Shown: one piece after another, positions 32,175 to 32,428 of the stretch | Layout of the letters: every line of letters starts with the position of its first letter | Numbering within the stretch: position 1 is the stretch's first letter | Source of the DNA: Mobula birostris | Lineage: Eukaryota | Direction of reading: 5' to 3' | NCBI RefSeq assembly: GCF_030028105.1 | Contig: NC_092402.1 | Coordinates: 74,004,290-74,036,717, forward strand | DNA: 32,428 nt | Position numbers and translations under genes: made by a program | The notes under the pieces: model-generated | Database searches by the model: none | What the model was told of the DNA's origin: nothing | Seen by the model: the letters and a program-made list of their open reading frames with translations, nothing else

Positions 32175-32428
32175 GTAAGAAGAAAAATTCCCGTTTGTTA
32201 AATAGAGCAGCATGAATGGCTTATTCTTGACTCATTCTTGCTCATTTTGGTTGCAAATGCCTGTCTCCTGTATCTCATCCAAGCACCATTCTTTATTATA
32301 TTTAGTAAGTTGAACATTGGTCAAATGTTTGGCAAACAATGTTGTTAAAAATGAACTTGATTCCAGCTACAAACTGAGGGCTGCACCTGCACTCATGCAT
32401 ATGCATACAGGACACAGATTATAATACA

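Noticed and set aside
1-32428. CRISPR array or prokaryotic operon/defence system
   Set aside because: There is no repeat-spacer array. The content is spliced vertebrate exons and eukaryotic transposons.

Overview
Vertebrate genomic DNA, most likely a cartilaginous fish, judged from HE1/V-SINE-like, Deu-domain SINE, CR1, Rex and Penelope repeats. The window lies inside a + strand class B1 (secretin-family) GPCR gene of the VIP/PACAP/GHRH receptor group. Three internal coding exons (13806-13935, 25867-26017, 32114-32174; ICL1/TM2 to ECL2) splice in frame, and the rest is repeat-rich intron. The introns hold many nested mobile elements with recoverable target-site duplications (TSDs): (1) a Penelope-like element (RT + GIY-YIG) with an inverted 3' repeat and minimal hammerhead ribozymes, plus miniature fold-back relatives; (2) three CR1 LINEs, one with an uninterrupted 1010-codon ORF2; (3) RTE and Rex LINEs; (4) a deleted Tigger/pogo carrying a 232-bp palindrome, a Chapaev3-like fragment and hAT-like MITEs. 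The most notable signal is that two divergent CR1 copies both place a U_UUA_AAN slippery heptamer immediately before the ORF1 stop. In both, the -1 frame reads FK(I/L)E(W/L)LGGGN, suggesting ORF1-ORF2 fusion by -1 ribosomal frameshifting. All family assignments come from motif recognition, not database searches.
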